Source: Bryobacteraceae bacterium | GTDB lineage: Bacteria; Acidobacteriota; Terriglobia; Bryobacterales; Bryobacteraceae | Reading direction: 5' to 3' | NCBI GenBank assembly: GCA_025062235.1 | Contig: JANXAE010000001.1 | Coordinates: 493-64,492 of the forward strand | DNA length: 64,000 nt | Part shown: one piece after another, positions 29,348-40,229 of the stretch | Layout: each line of letters begins with the position of its first letter | How positions within the stretch are numbered: position 1 is the first letter of the stretch | Position numbers and translations under genes: made by a program | Notes under the pieces: model-generated | Told to the model about the DNA's origin: nothing | Databases searched by the model: none | What the model saw: the letters and a program-made list of their open reading frames with translations, nothing else

Positions 29348-30631
29348 ATGCAGCGCAGAACATTCCTGGCAGGCTCGCTCTCGGCGGGTTTGGGGTTCCA
29401 CATCCTCGGGGCGCAGCGCGAGCGCAGATACCGTACGGCCCTGATCGGCAGCGGCTGGTGGGGCATGAACATCCTCACTTGCGGCGCCATCGAATCGGGC
29501 CAGTGCCAGGTGGTCGCGCTTTGCGACGTGGACGAGAACCAGCTCAACGCGGCGATGAAGAAGGTTCAGGAGCTGACCAGCGACCAGCCACGCCGTTACA
29601 AGGACTACCGCGAGCTGCTGGCGCGCGAGAAGCCCGAGATCGTCATCGTCGCCACGCCCGATCACTGGCACGCGCTGCCCACCATCGCCGCCCTGGAAGC
29701 CGGCGCGCATGTTTACGTGGAAAAGCCCATCGGCCACACGATCATGGAAGGCCGGGCCATGGTGAACGCGGCACGGGCGGCCAAGCGCGTGGTGCAGGTC
29801 GGGTTTCATCGCCGCGTCTCTCCTCACAACGTCTCGGGCATGCAGTTCCTGCGCTCCGGCAAGCTGGGCAAGATCGGCATGGTGCGCGCCTTCGTGCACT
29901 CGGCGGGCGGGCCGGGCAAACCCACGCCGGACTCCGATCCGCCGCCCGGGCTGGACTGGGACTTCTGGTGCGGCCCCGCCCCCAAGCGGCCGTTCAACAA
30001 GGCAATCCACCCCCGCGGATTCCGCCAGTTCCTCGACTACGCCAACGGCACTCTCGGCGATTGGGGCGTGCACTGGATGGACCAGATCCTGTGGATCACC
30101 GAGGAGAAATATCCGCGGAAGGTGTATTCGGCCGGAGGACGGTTCATCCGCCGCGACTCCACCGACGCCCCCGACACGCAGACGGCCGTCTTCGAATTCG
30201 AGTCCTTCATCGTGAACTGGGAGCACCGCACGTACGCGGGCAACGAGGCCGAGAAGACCAACATCGGTTGCTATTTCTACGGAACCGAGGGAACGTTCCA
30301 CATGGGCTGGCTCGACGGCTGGACCTTCTATCCCGCCAAGAAAGGGCAGCCCGTGCTGCACGAGGAGCCCAAGCTCGGCAAGCCCGATGATCAGAACATC
30401 CGCGAGCTGTGGGCGGACTTCCTGGACGCCATTCGCACCGGCCGCCGCCCGGTTGCCGACATCGAATACGGGCATCTTTCCACGAACATGTCCCTGCTCG
30501 GCATGATCTCCTACAGGCTCGGCCGTGCTCTGGTCTGGGACGGCGAGAAAGAAGTCATCGTTGGCGATCCCGAAGCCAACCGGCTGCTGCGCCGTCCGTA
30601 CCGTGAGCCCTGGCAGTATCCGAAAGCGTGA
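29348..30631 (+). CDS. Tat-exported Gfo/Idh/MocA family oxidoreductase
   Basis: MQRRTFL Tat motif, IGSGWWG, ATPDHWH, YVEKP, DWDFWCGPAP, DWGVH. Confidence 0.9.
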   Translation: MQRRTFLAGSLSAGLGFHILGAQRERRYRTALIGSGWWGMNILTCGAIESGQCQVVALCDVDENQLNAAMKKVQELTSDQPRRYKDYRELLAREKPEIVIVATPDHWHALPTIAALEAGAHVYVEKPIGHTIMEGRAMVNAARAAKRVVQVGFHRRVSPHNVSGMQFLRSGKLGKIGMVRAFVHSAGGPGKPTPDSDPPPGLDWDFWCGPAPKRPFNKAIHPRGFRQFLDYANGTLGDWGVHWMDQILWITEEKYPRKVYSAGGRFIRRDSTDAPDTQTAVFEFESFIVNWEHRTYAGNEAEKTNIGCYFYGTEGTFHMGWLDGWTFYPAKKGQPVLHEEPKLGKPDDQNIRELWADFLDAIRTGRRPVADIEYGHLSTNMSLLGMISYRLGRALVWDGEKEVIVGDPEANRLLRRPYREPWQYPKA

Positions 30632-30638
30632 GGCCGCA

Positions 30639-30935
30639 GTGCAGGAAAGGGCGTTCTTCAACGAATCTCGCACCACGCGGCGCGCCAGTCTGAACTGCCC
30701 GCACTGCCGCACAACCGAGACTTACGACTTGCACTGGCTGGTCCGCAAGAAAAAAGACAGGCTGCCGCCCGGAGCCGACGAGGAGGCGCGGGCGAAGTTC
30801 CTGAAGTCGCAAAGCTACATGGTGCTGCTCGACGACAAGGTCGTCTGCCGCAATCCGCGTTGCCGCAAGCCGTTCGAGGTCTCGGGCATCAAGACGGTCG
30901 CTTTCCTGGAGCCCGACGCGCCGGCCCGTCGCTGA
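30639..30935 (+). CDS. Small hypothetical protein with two Cys pairs (probable Zn ribbon)
   Basis: CPHC...CRNPRC; GTG start inferred. Confidence 0.65.
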   Translation: MQERAFFNESRTTRRASLNCPHCRTTETYDLHWLVRKKKDRLPPGADEEARAKFLKSQSYMVLLDDKVVCRNPRCRKPFEVSGIKTVAFLEPDAPARR

Positions 30936-30943
30936 GGACCGTC

Positions 30944-31555
30944 ATGCGCCTGTCCTGGATCCTCCTGCTCGTCGCGCTGGCAGGCTGCGGCCGCGAGCGC
31001 AAGGCGGAAGCGCCGCGAAAGACCGCGCCGGCGGCGCCCGTCCGCATCACTCACTTCTACGCCAGCCCGCCGGTCCTCGAACGCGGCCAGCGCGCCACTG
31101 TCTGCTACGGAGTCGAGAACGCCCGCCAGGTGCGTCTCGATCCGCCCGTCGAAGCGCTGCGTCCCCTCTATCACCGCTGCTTCGAGGTCGCGCCACAGCG
31201 CGATACGACTTACACTCTGGAAGCCGTCGGCGCGGACGGCACCACCGCCCGCGCCTCCTTCGAAATCAGGGTCGCGGCCGGTTCCGCGCCTGCAAGGGAG
31301 GTCGCGCCTGTGGCTTCCTCCCTGATCGCGGAATTCGTGGCCACGCCTGCCGAGGTGTCGCCCGGCGAACGCGCCACTGTGTGCTACCAAGTGGCCGAGG
31401 GCGTCGCCATCCGCCTGGAGCCGGATGTGGCGCGGCCTGCCGGGCCGCGCGCCTGCTTTTCGATCGCGCCCCGCCAGACGACGGCCTTCACCTTGATCGC
31501 GACCGAGCCGGACGGTCGCGTGGAGCGGCGCAGCGTGGTGGTCCGCGTCCGCTGA
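30944..31555 (+). CDS. Lipoprotein with two tandem beta-rich (Ig-like) repeats
   Basis: Lipobox LAGC; repeats F.A.P..(L/V)..G.RATVCY.V...RL.P...CF..AP...T..TL.A...DG. Confidence 0.7.
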   Translation: MRLSWILLLVALAGCGRERKAEAPRKTAPAAPVRITHFYASPPVLERGQRATVCYGVENARQVRLDPPVEALRPLYHRCFEVAPQRDTTYTLEAVGADGTTARASFEIRVAAGSAPAREVAPVASSLIAEFVATPAEVSPGERATVCYQVAEGVAIRLEPDVARPAGPRACFSIAPRQTTAFTLIATEPDGRVERRSVVVRVR

Positions 31556-31565
31556 GGCGCGGCGT

Positions 31566-32411
31566 TCATTCCACCAGCGCAGCCGGGTTGGACAACTCGC
31601 CGATGGCGGGGGCGGCGATGGTGATCACGTCACCGGGTCGAAGGGCCGCTCGCTCGGGCACGATGATCCCCGTGCCGGTCAGCAACACCGATCCGGAAGG
31701 CACACGGTTCGAACGCCGCAGATAGGCGATCAGCTCCTCGAACTTGCGCACCATCGCGCCCGTCGTGGTGGAGCCCTCGAAGATCACCTCGTCGCCGCGC
31801 CGGATCGTGCAACGGATCTCGACGGAGTAGGGGTCGCCCAGCTCGTCGGGCGTCACGATCACCGGCCCGAGGGAGCAGCAACCGCAGTAGAACTTCGATT
31901 GCGGCAAATAGAGCGGGTTCTCGTGCTCGATATCCCAGGCCGACACGTCGTTGGCCAGGGTAAAGCCGAGGATCTCGCCGCGTGCGCCCAGCACTAGGGC
32001 CAGCTCCGGCTCGGCCGCCGTGAAGCGCGAGTCGGCACGGATGCCGATGGGCTGGCCGGGCCCCACGCACACCCTGGCCGTCCCCTTGAAGAAGATCTCC
32101 GGGCGCGGTTGGCGGAGAACGTAGTCGTAGATGCCCCGCGCCTCGCCGTGCTGCGCGTCGCGAAACGTCGCGCTGGGCTCGTAGGTGCAGCCGCACCCCC
32201 ACACCTCAGGGGGCTGGATGGGAATCAGCGGCGCCGCCGGTTCCGGGTGTCGGCTGGCCAGTTCCTCGGCCAGACGCACCAGCGTCGTGTGCTCGGTCTC
32301 GGCCTTGCGGATCAACTCCAGCGTCGAGTAGTTGGGCACCGGGCGCGCCGCTCCGTCCTCGAAGATCGCGGCCACCGTCTGGTTGGCGTATCGGATCTGA
32401 CCCAATCGCAT
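31566..32411 (-). CDS. Fumarylacetoacetate-hydrolase family protein, 2-keto-3-deoxy-pentonate dehydratase-like
   Basis: EVWGCGCTY, RPEIFFK, EPELA, ANDVSAWDIEHENPLYLPQSK, LTGTGIIVP. Confidence 0.82.
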   Translation of the reverse strand: MRLGQIRYANQTVAAIFEDGAARPVPNYSTLELIRKAETEHTTLVRLAEELASRHPEPAAPLIPIQPPEVWGCGCTYEPSATFRDAQHGEARGIYDYVLRQPRPEIFFKGTARVCVGPGQPIGIRADSRFTAAEPELALVLGARGEILGFTLANDVSAWDIEHENPLYLPQSKFYCGCCSLGPVIVTPDELGDPYSVEIRCTIRRGDEVIFEGSTTTGAMVRKFEELIAYLRRSNRVPSGSVLLTGTGIIVPERAALRPGDVITIAAPAIGELSNPAALVE

Positions 32412-32425
32412 GGTTCGCAATCAGT

Positions 32426-33871
32426 TCAGTACTTGATGTAGACGGTCTTGAAATCGGTGTAGAAATCCAGCGCCGCCGGGCCCTGTTCCTTGGGCCCGAA
32501 GCTGGATTCCTTCGTGCCCCCGAACGGCAACTGGTACTCGACGCCGGCGCTGGGCAGGTTCACCGTGAGCAGACCCGCCTCCATCCGCTGGATGTATTCG
32601 AACACGCGCGACAGATTCGTCGTCTGGAGCGAGGCCGAAAGCCCGAAGGGCACGCGGTTGGCGATTTCGATGGCCTCGTCGAAATCCCGCGCCTTCATCA
32701 CCGCCAGCACCGGGCCGAAGATCTCCTCCTGCGCGATGCGCATGCCGGGCGTGACGCCTGCGAAGATGGTGGGCTCGATGAAATAGCCCTTGTCGTAGTC
32801 CGGTCCGCTAAGACGCCGCCCGCCAAAAACCGGCGGCCCGGCTTCCTCGGTCCCGATCCGTACGTACCGCAGGTCGGTCTCCAGTTGCGCTTCGTCCACA
32901 GCGGGTCCCATCTCGACCCCCGGTTCCAGGCCGTTGCCCACCCTGTAGCGCCGCGTTCGCTCGACGAGGGCATCCAGGAACTTGTCGTAGATCTTCTCTT
33001 CCACGATCGCGCGGCTCGTCGCCGTGCACTTCTGGCCCGTCGAGGCGAAGGCGCCGTTGACCACGTTCTCGACGGCGAGTGCGAGGTCGCAATCCGCCAG
33101 CACTATGGTCGGGTTCTTGCCGCCCATCTCCAGCTGGATCCGCAGGCGCCGGCGCGAGGCCTCAGCATGCAACTGCCGGCCGATTTCGCAGGAGCCGGTG
33201 AACGAGATCGCCCTGAGCGCCGGGGCTTCGATCAGCGCGCGCCCCAGCCGCCCGCCGGATCCGGCCACGAAGTTCACCACGCCGGGCGGGATGCCCGCTT
33301 CGTGACATGCCTCGACGATCCGCCAAGCGCTCAGGGGCGCCGCCGAAGCGGGCTTGAGCACGACCGTGTTGCCGCAGACCAGGGCGGGCGCAAGCTTCCA
33401 GGCCGGAATGGCGCTGGGGAAGTTCCACGGCGTGATCAACCCGACCACGCCGATCGGCCGCCGGATCGCGAAGGTGTGCACGCGGTCGCGCTCGGAAGGC
33501 GTCACCAGCCCGGGCAGCCGCGAGCCCTCCCCGGCGTAATAGCGGAAGATGTTGACCGAACGGCGGACCTCGGCGCGCGATTCCGGCAGCGTCTTGCCCT
33601 CCTCGCGGGTCATCTCGACGGCGAGCTGCTCGAGCCGGCTTTCCAGGATCTCTGCCACCTTGTACAGCAGCGCGCCGCGAGCGGGCGCGGGCATGGAAGC
33701 CCATCCGGGCAGCGCCGCCTCCGCCGCCTCGACCGCCCGCGCCATGTCGCTTTCCGTGCCAGCGACGAACAGGCCCACCAGATCGTCGGTGTTCGCCGGG
33801 TTGCGGTTCTCGAACGTCGGGCCGTCCACCCATTCGCCGCCGATGTAGTTGCGAAAGACCGGAACGCTCAC
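32426..33871 (-). CDS. Aldehyde dehydrogenase (alpha-ketoglutaric semialdehyde dehydrogenase-like)
   Basis: ITPWNFP, FTGS, LEMGGKN, GQKCTA, EEIFGP, PFGGTK. Confidence 0.9.
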   Translation of the reverse strand: MSVPVFRNYIGGEWVDGPTFENRNPANTDDLVGLFVAGTESDMARAVEAAEAALPGWASMPAPARGALLYKVAEILESRLEQLAVEMTREEGKTLPESRAEVRRSVNIFRYYAGEGSRLPGLVTPSERDRVHTFAIRRPIGVVGLITPWNFPSAIPAWKLAPALVCGNTVVLKPASAAPLSAWRIVEACHEAGIPPGVVNFVAGSGGRLGRALIEAPALRAISFTGSCEIGRQLHAEASRRRLRIQLEMGGKNPTIVLADCDLALAVENVVNGAFASTGQKCTATSRAIVEEKIYDKFLDALVERTRRYRVGNGLEPGVEMGPAVDEAQLETDLRYVRIGTEEAGPPVFGGRRLSGPDYDKGYFIEPTIFAGVTPGMRIAQEEIFGPVLAVMKARDFDEAIEIANRVPFGLSASLQTTNLSRVFEYIQRMEAGLLTVNLPSAGVEYQLPFGGTKESSFGPKEQGPAALDFYTDFKTVYIKY

Positions 33872-33902
33872 CGCTGCCTGCCTCCTGTTGGGACCTCCTT
33901 GC

Positions 33903-34469
33903 TCAGAACTTGACCTGCGGTGCCGTGCGCGCGCCCGGCTCCACCCGGAAATACTCGTTGTTGCGCGCGAAGCCGAACAGCGCCGCCACCAGATTGTTGG
34001 GGAACAGCTCCAGCGTCGTGTTGTAGCGCTGCACCGCCTCGTTGTACTTGCGCCGCTCGACCGCGATGCGGTTCTCCGTACCCGCCAACTCGTCCTGCAA
34101 GCGCAGGAAGTTCTCGTTGGATTTCAGTTGCGGGTAGTTCTCCAAGACGACGAGCAGGCGGGCCAGGGCGCTGTCCAGTTGTACGTTCGCCGCCATGCGC
34201 TCGGCGGGCGTCCGCGCGCTCACCAGCGCCGCGCGCGCATCGGCCACCGACTGGATCACGGCGCGCTCCTGGGCCGCGAACCCCTTTACCGTCTCGACCA
34301 GGTTCGGAATCAGGTCGGCCCGCCGCTGCAAAGCCACGTCCACCTGCGCCCAGGCCGCCTCGATCGCGTTGCGCTGCGTCACCAGCTCGTTGCGGATCGA
34401 AACCGCCTTGCCTCCCAACACCAGCCCCAGGATCAGCAGGATCGCAACGAGGATCGCCGCGATTTTCAT
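33903..34469 (-). CDS. lemA: LemA family protein
   Basis: N-terminal TM; LQRRADLIPNLVETVKG, ENYPQLKSNENFLRLQDELAGTENRIAVERRKYN. Confidence 0.95.
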   Translation of the reverse strand: MKIAAILVAILLILGLVLGGKAVSIRNELVTQRNAIEAAWAQVDVALQRRADLIPNLVETVKGFAAQERAVIQSVADARAALVSARTPAERMAANVQLDSALARLLVVLENYPQLKSNENFLRLQDELAGTENRIAVERRKYNEAVQRYNTTLELFPNNLVAALFGFARNNEYFRVEPGARTAPQVKF

Positions 34470-34490
34470 CGTCTGTTGCCTCCTTCCGCC

Positions 34491-35201
34491 TCATTTGGGC
34501 AGCCGGTCCACGACCGCCACCACCGATTGGATCGCGCTCAGGTACCTCTCGAACACCGAGGCCGGATCCAGTTGCCTGGCCCTGATCTTGCCTTCCCGTA
34601 AATCCAGGATGCGCTCGAGCGGCGCCGTGTCCACGCCCAGCTTCTCGCGTACGGTGAGCAGCACGCCGCGCTTCTCCAGCGGCGCTTGGTGTCCGGCCAG
34701 CCGCAGAGCGTGCCGGAACAGCGTGCAGAAGGTGGGCAGCGAATCCGCCAGCAGGGTGCGCAGCAGATCCTTGTCCCGCATCACGCCCGCCGCCTTCTGC
34801 CGCAGGCGCAGCAGCTTGGCGCGTAATTCGTGCTCGACCTGGGCGCGGTAGAACGTATCGTCCACCTCGAGTCCGGCCATCAGGTCCGGGCCATACAGCA
34901 CGCGGTGGCGCTCCACGATGTCGTGGAACTCGATCGGGAAGCAATCGGTCGAATTCTTCACCTCTTCGGCCGTCAACATCAAGGGCGACGGATTGCCCAG
35001 CTCCCGCCACCACCGGACCACGGGCGCCGAATCGGCCAGTTCCCGCGGGCCCAGCTCGCGCAGCACGCACAGCACGTTGATGTCGGAAAACCTCCCGTGG
35101 TAATCGCCCACAGCCGCAGAACCGTACAGCACCACCGAAAGCAAGCGGTCGTCGAAGGCCTTTTTCAGTTTCTCGACGAGCTGGTTGAGCACGCGCTCCA
35201 T
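34491..35201 (-). CDS. Nucleotidyltransferase-fold protein with helical C-terminal domain
   Basis: LSVVLYGSAAVGD....SDINVL (pol-beta GS motif, DxD replaced by DIN), DCFPIEF, VLYG. Confidence 0.75.
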   Translation of the reverse strand: MERVLNQLVEKLKKAFDDRLLSVVLYGSAAVGDYHGRFSDINVLCVLRELGPRELADSAPVVRWWRELGNPSPLMLTAEEVKNSTDCFPIEFHDIVERHRVLYGPDLMAGLEVDDTFYRAQVEHELRAKLLRLRQKAAGVMRDKDLLRTLLADSLPTFCTLFRHALRLAGHQAPLEKRGVLLTVREKLGVDTAPLERILDLREGKIRARQLDPASVFERYLSAIQSVVAVVDRLPK

Positions 35202-35214
35202 GATCGGAGTCCCT

Positions 35215-36024
35215 TCACCAATTGCTCGAGGCGCCGCCGCCTCCGGAGTCTCCGCCGCCGAAGCCGCCAAACGAGTCTCCGGAGTCGAATCCTCCGAAGC
35301 CGCCTCCGCTGCGCCAGCCCCCGCCGCGGCTGCTGAGCAGCGTGCCGAGCACCATCGCGGCCATGTCTGCCGGCCCTGCTGCCTGCCAGTGAACGCGCCG
35401 GCGCGGTCCGAAGGCGCGCATCAGCAGCACTCCAGGAATGGCGGCGGCGAACAACCACAGCCATGCCGGGAGCTCGTCGCGGGCGGCTCGGCGGGCTGGG
35501 CCCGGGAGGGGCGCATCCAACTGGACGCCTTTGGCCTGTGCGACCCTCTGGCCGATTTCGGATGCGGCTGCCAGCAGCGCCTCGCCGTAACGCTGCTCGC
35601 GCAAAGCCGGACGCATGACGCGCAGCACGCTGCCCGCGTAACCATCCGGTATCACCGGCTCCAAGCCATAGCCGACTTCGAGCCGGCTGCGTCGGTCCCG
35701 AATGGCCAAAAGCAGCAACAATCCCTCGTTGGTTTTCTTGCTGCCGATGCCCCAGGCGCGGAACAGGGCGTTGGCCACGTCCTCGATCGGTTCGCCTTGC
35801 AGGCTCGGCAACGTCACCAGGGCAAGCTGGACGCCTGTGGCCCTCTCCAGGCGCGCGCAGTAGTCCTCCAGCCGCCGCTTCGATTCGGCGTCCAGCACGC
35901 GCGCGAAGTCGCTCACGTAGCCTTCGGGTTTGAGCGCGGTGAAGTCGAACGCCGCCGCCACTGCGGCCAGCGCGACAAGACACACCGCTACGGTTCGCGC
36001 TCTTTGCACGCCCGGCAATCCCAC
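35215..36024 (-). CDS. TPM domain protein (YgcG-like) with Gly-rich tail
   Basis: YVSDFARVL, WGIG, RLEVGYGLE, FGGFGGGDSGGGGASSNW. Confidence 0.9.
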   Translation of the reverse strand: MGLPGVQRARTVAVCLVALAAVAAAFDFTALKPEGYVSDFARVLDAESKRRLEDYCARLERATGVQLALVTLPSLQGEPIEDVANALFRAWGIGSKKTNEGLLLLLAIRDRRSRLEVGYGLEPVIPDGYAGSVLRVMRPALREQRYGEALLAAASEIGQRVAQAKGVQLDAPLPGPARRAARDELPAWLWLFAAAIPGVLLMRAFGPRRRVHWQAAGPADMAAMVLGTLLSSRGGGWRSGGGFGGFDSGDSFGGFGGGDSGGGGASSNW

Positions 36025-36396
36025 AGTGTACTACGCAGCCGCCCCGGATGAGTTGCTTGCGTCGCCGAGTCGCGTGGCGGTCGCCGAGCGGGCGCGAGCG
36101 CCGGCTGCCCGCGCCACGCCCGGCCGGGACCGGTGCCGCCCCCGTCGCCGTTTCCGAAAGCATGCGAAGGAGCGGAAGGTCCGAGCGGGTGCGCCCGCCT
36201 GTGGCGCCGCGAAACATCCCGTAAAAAGCCGGTTGCGGGCGCGGGCCTGCGTCTTCGTTCGCCACCCAGTCATCGGATCCTCGGCTGCGCACGGACGGGC
36301 CGCCTCCCACCGGCGCGGCAGGGGCTCGGCCCGTGCCGGAAAGAGGCCTCGCCCAGACGGCGGGGACGGGCACCCGGTGCCGAAGTCCGGCGCGGG

Positions 36397-37839
<1,443 letters not shown>

Positions 37840-37842
37840 GAG

Positions 37843-38904
37843 TCAGACCTTTCCCCGGCGCCGCCTGCCTTCGGCAGCGAGCTCGAGGGCCAGCCGCGCG
37901 ACGGCTTCCGGGTCATGCCGAACCTTTTCGCCTTCCTGCAACAATTCCCTGGCGATCACCTTCACACCGAGCCGCTCGAGCCGTTCCATGTCCACTTCCA
38001 CTGGCTGCGCGCGGCGCCGCGCATAGCGCGCGCGCAACTGGGGGCTCACCGGGCGGGTATTGACGATCACATAGTCCAGCCAGCCTTGGCCCGCATGCCG
38101 GAAGAGGGCCTCGACGTGGTCGGCGGCGGTGAAATGCATGGTTTCGCCGGGCTGCCACATGAGGTTGACGAAGTAAGCCTTCACGGCGGGCGAGCGGCGC
38201 AAGGCCTCCGGTATGCCTTCCACCAGCAGATTGGGGACGACGCTGGTGAACAGCGAGCCAGGCCCCAGGGTGACCAAGTCGGCTTGGGCGATGGCCTCCA
38301 GGGTCTCGGGCAGGGGCCTCGCCCTGGGCGGCCGCAGGCGAACGCGCCGGATGCGGGAGCGGCTACGGCTGATGCGGGTTTCGCCTTGCACCTTGGTTCC
38401 GTCAGCCAGCACGGCTTCCAGCGTCACGTTGTCCGCGGTCGAGGGAAAGATGCGCCCGGCAATGGCCAACACGTCCGAGGAGACTCGTACGGCCTGTGGG
38501 AAGTCGCCCGTGACGTGGGTGAGCGCAGTGAGGAAGAGATTGCCGAAGCTGTGCCCTTTCAGGCCGCGGCCGCGCGTGAAGCGGTACTGGAAGAGACGCG
38601 ACAGCAGGGCCTCGTCCTCCGACAGGGCGACCATGCAGTTGCGGATGTCGCCCGGCGGCAACACTGCGAACTCGCGCCGCAGCCGGCCCGAGCTGCCGCC
38701 ATCGTCCGTGACGGTGACGACAGCTGTCAGCTCCGCGGCCGGCTCGCGGCAAACAGCCGTGCGCTCGCTGCCGGGACGTGGCGGCACGTACCGCTTCAGA
38801 CCGTGCAGCAGGGCGCTCAAGCCGGTGCCGCCGCCGATGGAGACGATGCGCAGCACCTCGGCCGGGGCGCTGTTCGCCTGCTCGGCGGGACCGCACAGCT
38901 CCAT
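37843..38904 (-). CDS. yvcK: YvcK/GlmR (UPF0052) family UDP-GlcNAc-binding protein
   Basis: IGGGTGL, VTDDGGSSGRLR, PPGDIRNC, GHSFGNL, GPGSLFTS, VRHDP. Confidence 0.92.
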   Translation of the reverse strand: MELCGPAEQANSAPAEVLRIVSIGGGTGLSALLHGLKRYVPPRPGSERTAVCREPAAELTAVVTVTDDGGSSGRLRREFAVLPPGDIRNCMVALSEDEALLSRLFQYRFTRGRGLKGHSFGNLFLTALTHVTGDFPQAVRVSSDVLAIAGRIFPSTADNVTLEAVLADGTKVQGETRISRSRSRIRRVRLRPPRARPLPETLEAIAQADLVTLGPGSLFTSVVPNLLVEGIPEALRRSPAVKAYFVNLMWQPGETMHFTAADHVEALFRHAGQGWLDYVIVNTRPVSPQLRARYARRRAQPVEVDMERLERLGVKVIARELLQEGEKVRHDPEAVARLALELAAEGRRRRGKV

Positions 38905-38926
38905 GAGGGCCTCCGAGCCGGCGTGG

Positions 38927-39520
38927 TCACTCGCCGGGATTCCTCTCCGGCTTCAGCAGGTCTGCCAGTGGCCGCTGTGAAGCGAAGGGGGCGAAATCGG
39001 GGTCGTTTCGGGCGGTGATCCGGTTGTTGGGATCGAGCTCGATCGCCCGCTGCATGGATTGGAAGGCGCCGGCCATATCGCCGCGCCAGCACAGGCACAG
39101 CGCGAGAGCGTAATAGAGGTGGCCGCCTTTGGGCTGCTCCTCGAGGGCCTTGCGGAGAAGCTCTTCGGCCTCCTCCCAGCGCCGCTCGTTCAACAGCAGG
39201 ACAGCGTAGTTATAGCGATCCTCAGCCGTTCGCAGTTCGGGCCGCTGGCTGCCGAGGCGCAGCTCGCACATGCGCACGCGCTGGCGGGCTGCGTGGGCCA
39301 TCTCGGCGACGGGGCCGTCGGCGGCCCGCGCGAAGCGGGTCTTGGCTTCCAGGAATTGCCGGGCCTGGAACAGGCGCACTCCCTCTTCGAACAAGCGGGC
39401 CTGCTCGGCTGCGTCGGGAGCGGAGACTGGCCGTCCATCGCCGGGTCGCGCCGCTGGCCGTGCGACCGCCCCGGCTTGCTCGGCTGCTTTGCTACGCTCG
39501 CTGGATCTTTCGGCAGGCAT
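38927..39520 (-). CDS. TPR repeat protein
   Basis: YNYAVLLLN...AEELLRKALE, YYALA...RAIELDP, ARNDPDF. Confidence 0.8.
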   Translation of the reverse strand: MPAERSSERSKAAEQAGAVARPAARPGDGRPVSAPDAAEQARLFEEGVRLFQARQFLEAKTRFARAADGPVAEMAHAARQRVRMCELRLGSQRPELRTAEDRYNYAVLLLNERRWEEAEELLRKALEEQPKGGHLYYALALCLCWRGDMAGAFQSMQRAIELDPNNRITARNDPDFAPFASQRPLADLLKPERNPGE

Positions 39521-39702
39521 CGGAGGAACCCTTCGAAGCGTGCGCGCGCTAACCCCGCGTCGGGACGTTGGACCGCTGGGGCTTGCCGGCCGCGGCCCCG
39601 AGTATCCCTTGTAGCAAAGTCCGTCGCTGGCCCTCAACAGGGCCGCGACGGCAATTCGCGCTTGCCGCGCCGCGGCAAGGGCTCGCCTGCCTCGGGCAGC
39701 AA

Positions 39703-40071
39703 TCAGAGAACTTTGGCCAATTGCTGGGCAAAGGCGCTCTGCGGCTCCTCGGATTTCCGCTTCGAGCGGTTGGCCTGCTGCTGCCGCGTTTTCGCCTCCT
39801 GTTTGGCCTGCCCTTTGGACTTGGGCGGCTGGGCAGGGTTGGCTCGCAGCAAGCGGCCCTCCAATGGCGCGCGATCGAAGCGGCGGATGATGGCCTCCAT
39901 TTCCTCCCGGTTGGGAGCCTCGATGAAGGCAAAGCCCTTCGATTCCTGGGTCTCGTGGTTCCGAATCACCTTGATCGAATCGGCGACCAGGCCTTCGGCG
40001 GTGAGCCAGCTTTGGATGTCCTCTGCGGTCACCCAAGTCGGAAGGTTGCCGAGAAAGACAGTGAATCCCAT
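39703..40071 (-). CDS. RRM (RNP-1) RNA-binding protein
   Basis: RNP-2 VFLGNL, RNP-1 SKGFAFIE, LEGRLLRAN. Confidence 0.88.
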   Translation of the reverse strand: MGFTVFLGNLPTWVTAEDIQSWLTAEGLVADSIKVIRNHETQESKGFAFIEAPNREEMEAIIRRFDRAPLEGRLLRANPAQPPKSKGQAKQEAKTRQQQANRSKRKSEEPQSAFAQQLAKVL

Positions 40072-40229
40072 TAGACGGTGTCGTTCACTCCGATCGTTGA
40101 AATGGTGGAGAGCAAGCCGGACGCTTCCGTCCCCTGAGTGTAGCAAAGCCAGCGAGGAGCGGGCAAGGCCGTCGGGAATCGCCGCCTTGCAAACCCGGCC
40201 TGTGTTGAGGCAAGCTAAATACCTTTCCC

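Noticed and set aside
34491..35201. MNT-HEPN toxin-antitoxin or CBASS cyclase
   Set aside because: No adjacent HEPN toxin or effector, degenerate DxD, and a housekeeping-like LemA/TPM context.
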